A stretch of 64,000 bases of DNA from an uncultured Gemmatimonadaceae bacterium (lineage in GTDB: Bacteria > Gemmatimonadota > Gemmatimonadetes > Gemmatimonadales > Gemmatimonadaceae). The notes under the pieces were generated by a model that saw only the letters and a program-made list of their open reading frames with translations, ran no database searches and was not told where the DNA came from. Location: the NCBI GenBank assembly GCA_963740355.1, contig CAVUDW010000003.1, positions 2,432,001 to 2,496,000 on the forward strand, given 5' to 3'. Each line of letters begins with the position of its first letter. Positions within the stretch are counted from its first letter, which is position 1. The position numbers and the translations under genes are program-made. Positions 58,329 through 64,000 of the stretch are shown here, piece after piece.

Positions 58329-60906
58329 ATGTCCCGTTTCTCGTCCATTGCCGCACGTGGCGCCGCAGTTGTGGCGCTGGTGGGGTTCGCCGGCTGCAGC
58401 AAGCCGGCGCCGACCACCGCCCCGACGCCGGCACCGAGCACGCGCCCGACGACCCAGGCCCCCACCACGCCGACGCCCGGAGCACCGGGCGCGCCGACGA
58501 TCGGCAACCCGACCGCTGGTCAGGGTGGTGGCACACCCGCCGGTGCCAACGGCGATCCGACGCCACGCCCGTACGCGAACGTCATCACGCCACGCGCACG
58601 CACCCGAAAGGGCCTCTTCAGCACCCACGTGCTGGGCAGCCGCCTCTACTTCGAGATCCCGGCGAAGGAGATGGGCAAGGACATGATGCTGGTCGCGAGC
58701 CTCAAGGGCACGCCCGCCGGTATCGGCATTCGCGGCACACTGGGCAACAACGCGCTGCTCCGCTTCGAGCGGAAGGACAACCGCGTGCTGGTCCGCGCCG
58801 TCAACTACCGCAACGTCTCCAGCGACACCGCGAACCGCATCAATCGCGCGATGCCGATCATCCAGTACTACCCGGTGATCGCCGCCTTCAACATCGAAGC
58901 CTACGGCCAGGATAGCGCCGCCGTCATCGATGTGACGCGCATGTTCACCGGCGGCGTGCAGGAACTGACGGCCTTCGGTCAGCGGGTCGCGGTCGATCCG
59001 ACGCGTTCGTTCATCGAGCGCGCCGTGGCCTTCACCAACAACGTCGAAGTCGAAGCATCGCAGACGTTCACGCCTGCGGCCGCTCCGACCGCTGCCCCGC
59101 AGGGTTTCGGCGGCGGCGCCCCGGCCGGTGCCACGACCGAGCTCTATCACTTCTCAATCGTCAAGCTGCCGGATGACCCGATGCAGCCGCGCTTCTGGGA
59201 TGAACGCGTGATCTGGTTCCGCAGCGCAGCACAGGATTTCGGCTCGTCGCAGCAGCGCGTACCGGATCGTGTCTTCATCAACCGCTGGCGCCTGGTGAAG
59301 AAGGACCCGAACGCCGCCCTCAGCGAGCCGGTGAAGCCGATCACGTATTACGTCGATCCGGCCACGCCGCTCTGGCTGCAGCCGTGGGTGAAGAAGGGCA
59401 TCGAGGAATGGCAGGCAGCCTTCGAACAGGCTGGCTTCAAGAACGCGATCGTCGCCAAGGATGCCCCGAACGATCCTGATTTCAGCGGCGAAGACGCGAG
59501 CGTCTCGATGGTCCGCTGGTTGCCGACCCCGGTGCAGAACGCCGTCGGGCCAAGCACGGTCGATCCGCGCACCGGCGAGATCCTCGACGCCGATGTGCAG
59601 ATGTACCACAACATCATGTCGCTCCAGCGCACCTGGTACTTCTCACAGGTTGGTCACCTCGACCCGCGCTCGCAGTCGCTGCAGTTCCCCGACTCGCTCA
59701 TGGGCCGCCTGATCCAGTTCGTGGTCGCCCACGAAGTCGGCCACACGCTCGGCTTTCCGCACAACATGAAGGCGAGCTCGATGTACCCGCTCGACAGCAT
59801 CCGCAACGCGAGCTTCGTGAAGCGCATGGGCCACTCGCCCAGCATCATGGACTACGCGCGCTTCAACTACGTCGCGCAGCCGGAAGACAACATCGCGCTC
59901 GCCGACCTCGTCCCGCGCGTCGGTACCTACGACACCTTCGCCGTGAAGTGGGGCTACACGCCGATCCCCGGCGCCAAGACGCCGGAAGCAGAAAAGCCGA
60001 CGCTCGATGCCTGGGCCCGTCAGCAGGACACGATCCCATGGTTCCGCAGCGCCGACGACCGCGGCATTCAGGGCGCCGATCCAGGCGAAGTGAACGAGGC
60101 AGTCGGCGATGCCGACGCCGTGCGCGCCACGGAATACGGTATCCGCAATCTGAAGCGCCTCGCCCCGATGGTCGAGAAGATCGGCGAATCGATTTCGGGC
60201 GAGGATTTCAGTGACGTGGCCGAGGTGTACAACGGCATCGTCGGGTCAGTGGCGCACGGAACTGGGTCACGTCACGCGCATCATCGGTGGCGTGAACCAC
60301 ACGGCCAAGGCCACCAGCCAGAAGGGCGATGTCTACGTACCAGTCAGCGGCGCTCGTCAGCGCGCTGCGATGAAGTTCCTGCAGGAGAACGCCTTCGAGA
60401 CGCCGACCTGGCTGCTCGACCCGTCGGTCCTGCGCAAGATCGAAGCATCGGGCAGCATCGATCGCATCGGCAACGCACAGGCCTCTGTCCTGGCCGCGCT
60501 GGTGAGCAACGATCGCATGGTCCGCATGATCGAACTCGACGCACTGCCGACCACCGGCGATCGCTACACGCTGCCGACGATGCTGACGGACCTCCGTCGC
60601 GGTGTCTGGAGCGAGATCTACGCCGGCAAGTCGATCGACGCCTACCGTCGTCGCCTGCAGCGTGTCTACCTCGAAGCGATGGCGGCCAAGATCAATCCGC
60701 CGGCGCCAAATCCAGCGCTGGCAGCCTTCGGCCTCGCCGGTCCGTCGGTCCGCGCCCTCGCCGATTTCCGCGGCCTGCTTCGCACCGAGATGCAGGACCT
60801 CTCGCGCGACCTCGCCTCCGCCGCGTCGCGCACCTCCGACCGCACCACCCGCGCGCACCTCGAAGACGCGCGCGACCAGATCAAGAAGATGCTCGACCCG
60901 AAGTAA
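58329..60906 (+). pseudogene. Zinc-dependent metalloprotease lipoprotein (DUF5117/DUF4953-like), frameshifted near 60243-60245
   Basis: Lipobox FAGC; AHEVGHTLGFPHN, SIMDY; reading continues QWRTELGH...KKMLDPK in another frame after a GGG run. May be a sequencing error. Confidence 0.8.
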
Positions 60907-60927
60907 TCGTTCGCAGTCGCAGTCTCA

Positions 60928-60969
60928 CGCGCCGGCATCGCTCTTCGGAGCCGTGCCGGCGCGTTTTTT
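60928..60969 (+). terminator. Rho-independent terminator
   Basis: cgcgccggca...tgccggcgcg followed by tttttt, just after the stop at 60906. Confidence 0.8.
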
Positions 60970-60984
60970 CTGGCCTTTCTCTGT

Positions 60985-61470
60985 TTGCGTCGACGCTACG
61001 CTAACGCCAGTCGGTCCACACTCTGCCGGTTCTGCGGCGACGCTGCGCTTACGCCTGACGGTCCACACTCCCTCACGCGGAGCCGCGGGGGACGCGGAGA
61101 CGCGGAGGACTGCCAAAGCACCCACGGCGACGCTGCGCTTACGCCCGGCGGTCCACCGTATCACGCGTTCGGGCGTACATGGCCGCCTCCCGTGTCGTCC
61201 GGTAGGCCGATTTGTTGGGAACTGCGCGCACAAAGCGTGGCCACCCACACCCCCTTCAAAGGCAGTTGCTCCTTGTCGGGTGTGGACCGCCCCGCCGCCC
61301 CAGGCGTCCGGTGCTGTCCTCCGCGTCTCCGCGTCCCCCGCGGCTCCGCGGGTTTGACCGTGTGGACCGCCGGCGCGGCACGCGCGCTTGAGTGTGTGGA
61401 CCGCCGGCGCGGCACGCGCGCTTGAGTGTGTGGACCGCCAGCGCGGTACGCGCGGTTAAGTGTGGACCAA
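60985..61470. repeat. Family E (GTGGACCGCC) REP-like cluster nested with family B
   Basis: Inverted ggtccac at ~61013, 61060 and 61149; direct gtgtggaccgcc at ~61280, 61360, 61394 and 61428 (34-bp period). Confidence 0.85.
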
Positions 61471-61583
61471 AGCCGCCGGAACACCGATCCCCAAGCCCGA
61501 CTGACGCGACGGGCTTTGAGGGGTAGTTTCAGCGGCTCGGTCCAGCCTGACAGGACTGCATTCTCACGCCGCACCCACACGCA

Positions 61584-62627
61584 GTGACCCCAAAGCGCTG
61601 GCTCCTCACCATCCTCTCGTTCGCGGCTGCCCTCGGCGCCTCGGCTTGGGTGGTATGGTCGAGCTGGCCAGCGGGACACGGGCGGCTCTCGCTCCCGCTC
61701 ATCGCACACCTCGTCGCGCTCAGCGGTGCCGTCGCCGAAGTCACACTCCGAGCCTTCAAGCTCACCTGGAGCGCCAAGGCACTGAACGTCCCGCTCACAC
61801 TCGGCACCGCCTTCCGCGTCTGCCTCGGCGGTGACTTCGGAGCCTCGGTGACACCCTCCAGATCCGGAGCGGAACCAGCGCGCTTCCTGATCATGGCCGA
61901 AGCGAAGACCCCGCTCGGTGGCATCGTTATGGTCCTCTGGGCCGAAATCGTGCTCGAGGTCCTGTCACTGGCCACCGTCGCGCTCCTCATCGCACTGCTC
62001 TTCCCCGGTACCGACCGCGCCGTCACCAGCGTCCTCGTCGTCATCGCCAGCTACGCGCTGACCGTGCTCGCCGTCTCGATCCTTGGACTTGTCCTCTCCC
62101 GAAAGAACGCCAACGGCCCGCCCCCAGCATGGGCGCCGAAGATTGGACTGAATGCTGGAAGATGGCGCGGAATACAGAAAGCATTGCGCCAGCTTCGAGA
62201 CAGTGTCGCGGCAATTCGACACGCCAAGATCGTTCCGATGATCGCGTCATTCGTGGCCTCGGCGCTCCACGTCATCGCTCGCCTCTGCATCCTTCCCGGC
62301 CTCGTGCTCTTCGTGGCGCCCGACACCAAGATCGCCCCATTGGTCGCCTGGCCGTTGGCGATGCAGTACGGTGCCGCGGTCGTGCCGGCCCCAGGCGGAG
62401 GCGGCGCGGTCGAGCTCGTCTTCAAGCAGACACTCGGCAATGTCATTCCTGCCGAAATCTTTGGTGCCAGCCTCGTCTGGTGGCGGTTCTACACCATCTA
62501 CCTCTACATCATCGTCGGCGCGCTCGTGGCCGGCAGCACGGTGATGCGCGCGCTCAAACCCAAGGACGCCGTCGGCGCGCCTGACCCCGACGCGCCCAGC
62601 CCGCCACCGCTTTCGATCGGCGACTGA
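61584..62627 (+). CDS. Lysylphosphatidylglycerol synthase TM / flippase-like membrane protein
   Basis: VTPSRSGAEP, PAPGGGGAVE and WWRFYTIY motifs; multi-TM. Confidence 0.82.
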   Translation: MTPKRWLLTILSFAAALGASAWVVWSSWPAGHGRLSLPLIAHLVALSGAVAEVTLRAFKLTWSAKALNVPLTLGTAFRVCLGGDFGASVTPSRSGAEPARFLIMAEAKTPLGGIVMVLWAEIVLEVLSLATVALLIALLFPGTDRAVTSVLVVIASYALTVLAVSILGLVLSRKNANGPPPAWAPKIGLNAGRWRGIQKALRQLRDSVAAIRHAKIVPMIASFVASALHVIARLCILPGLVLFVAPDTKIAPLVAWPLAMQYGAAVVPAPGGGGAVELVFKQTLGNVIPAEIFGASLVWWRFYTIYLYIIVGALVAGSTVMRALKPKDAVGAPDPDAPSPPPLSIGD

Positions 62628-63262
62628 TGACCGGTTCAATCCCTGCCTTCTCGACTGCATGGGCCGAAGCGCTGCTGCATGCCATCAACGCCGACGAGGC
62701 CTTCCGGGCCGCGGCCCGCGGGTGGACGAACGTCGTGGCGCTGGTCGTGGCGGAGGTCGCGGCCGTCACGACTGCCGTACAAGTGGACCTCAACGCCGGC
62801 ACCTGCCGCGCTGCGGCGGCGGTTCACCCTGACGAAGTGACTGCGCCCTTCGTCCTCGCCGCCGACCTCGCCATCTGGCGCGAGATCATCGGCGGCTCCG
62901 GTGACCCCATCCTCGCCGTCGCCGCCGGCAAGGTCAAACTCACCCGTGGCTCGCTCGGCACCCTCATGCTCCACTCCCGCGCCGCCAAAGCCCTCCTCGT
63001 CTGCGCCCGCCAGATCGACACCCTCTGGCCTAGCTCCGCGCCGACGCGGCGAAGAGCAACTGCCTTAACGCGCAGAACAGCACAGCCGCAGAACTGCCAC
63101 CGCAAAACGCGGAGACGCAGAGACGCAAAGAACGGCAACTGCTCAACTACTTTGACGCAAAACAGCTTTAAAGGATACGGCAACAGCCGCGAAACGGCAC
63201 ACAGCCGCAAAACTGCGTGTTCGTACCGGACGCTCGCGTACAAGTCGCCTCTGCTTTGTTGA
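62627..63262 (+). CDS. SCP2 sterol/lipid-binding domain protein; ORF runs into repeat DNA after ~63030
   Basis: FSTAWAEA...INADEAFRAAARGW...WREII...DPILAVAAGKVKLTRG; the domain ends at DTLWP. Confidence 0.75.
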   Translation: MTGSIPAFSTAWAEALLHAINADEAFRAAARGWTNVVALVVAEVAAVTTAVQVDLNAGTCRAAAAVHPDEVTAPFVLAADLAIWREIIGGSGDPILAVAAGKVKLTRGSLGTLMLHSRAAKALLVCARQIDTLWPSSAPTRRRATALTRRTAQPQNCHRKTRRRRDAKNGNCSTTLTQNSFKGYGNSRETAHSRKTACSYRTLAYKSPLLC

Positions 63263-63520
63263 TGTAACTACTCGCCCAACGACTTTCCAAGTCCAAGGCC
63301 CTTTACCAAAGCAGTTGAAGTTGCACGTGCCGTTCTCTGCGACCTCTGCGCCTTTGCGCCTCTGCGTCCAGCTGTTGCAGTTTTGCGGCAGTAGCAGTTT
63401 TGCGGCTGTTGCCGTACCCGCCTGCCGTTTTGCGTCAAGGCAGTAGCGTTGCAGTTGCCCTTCCGCGGCTGTTCTGTTCTGCGGCTGTTCCGTTCTGCGT
63501 TAAAGCAGTTGCAGTTAACG
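63055..63520. repeat. Family C long imperfect inverted repeat
   Basis: aactgccttaacgc...tacggcaacagccgc arms mirrored by gcggctgttgccgta...gcgttaaagcagtt. Confidence 0.85.
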
Positions 63521-63541
63521 ATCTCAAAAGATGACTCCGAA

Positions 63542-64000
63542 ATGAAGCTGCCGACGCTGAAAGAGCTGGATGATGCCGCGACGCTGATCGGAACGTCGTT
63601 TGCACCGACGCCGCAGTATCGCTGGCCGTTGCTCGAGCAGCGCCTCGGGACGAGATGCTGGGTGAAGCATGAGAACCACACGCCTGTCGGCGCCTTCAAG
63701 GTGCGCGGTGGGTTGGTGTATTTCGATTGGCTGCAGCGGGAGCATCCCGAGGTCGCCGGGGTGGTGAGTGCCACGCGCGGCAATCATGGACAGTCCGTCG
63801 GTTATGCCGCGCAGCGCACTGGGATGCGCACCTGCGTGGTCGTGCCGATGGGAAACAGCGTCGAGAAGAACGCGGCCATGCGGGCGCTTGGTGTGGAGTT
63901 GATCGAGGCCGGCGATGATTTCCAGGACAGTGTCGAAGTTGCCGACGCGCTGGCCATCGAACGCGGTTGGCATCGCATGCCGAGTTATCACGGTCACCTC
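63542..64000 (+). CDS. PLP-dependent threonine/serine dehydratase family (partial, runs off window)
   Basis: Manual translation: MKLPTLKELD...PTPQYRWPLL...VKHENHTPVGAFKVRGG...SATRGNHGQS. Confidence 0.9.
   Translation, partial: MKLPTLKELDDAATLIGTSFAPTPQYRWPLLEQRLGTRCWVKHENHTPVGAFKVRGGLVYFDWLQREHPEVAGVVSATRGNHGQSVGYAAQRTGMRTCVVVPMGNSVEKNAAMRALGVELIEAGDDFQDSVEVADALAIERGWHRMPSYHGHL

Overview
GC-rich bacterial chromosomal window. The gene set (SusC/SusD pairs in a high-GC genome, Tat-signal TldD, plant/Chlamydia-type FabI) suggests Gemmatimonadota, by inference only. I found no phage, integrase, transposase or cas genes. It holds about 38 CDS, one tRNA-Asn(GTT) and a cobalamin riboswitch. Housekeeping genes: rpmG, ettA, sua5/tsaC, fabI. 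Other loci: a TetR-TolC-MFP-RND efflux operon; many exported peptidases (M16, two S9, serine hydrolase, a frameshifted zinc metalloprotease); two tandem TldD/TldE pairs; a TauE-PDO/rhodanese-ArsR sulfide operon; CcdA-TlpA; and two near-identical SusC/SusD pairs. Most notable: (1) both TldD copies have twin-arginine signals while their TldE partners have none, suggesting exported TldDE; (2) a SET-domain methyltransferase fused to a histone-H1-like lysine-rich tail; (3) an unannotated, apparently leaderless Phe/Tyr-rich leader peptide and attenuator upstream of a chorismate mutase; (4) a mosaic SusC/SusD duplication with shared promoter geometry; (5) at least five families of intergenic REP/REPIN-like repeats, one bracketing a Rieske gene in inverted orientation with a ~71-bp period.
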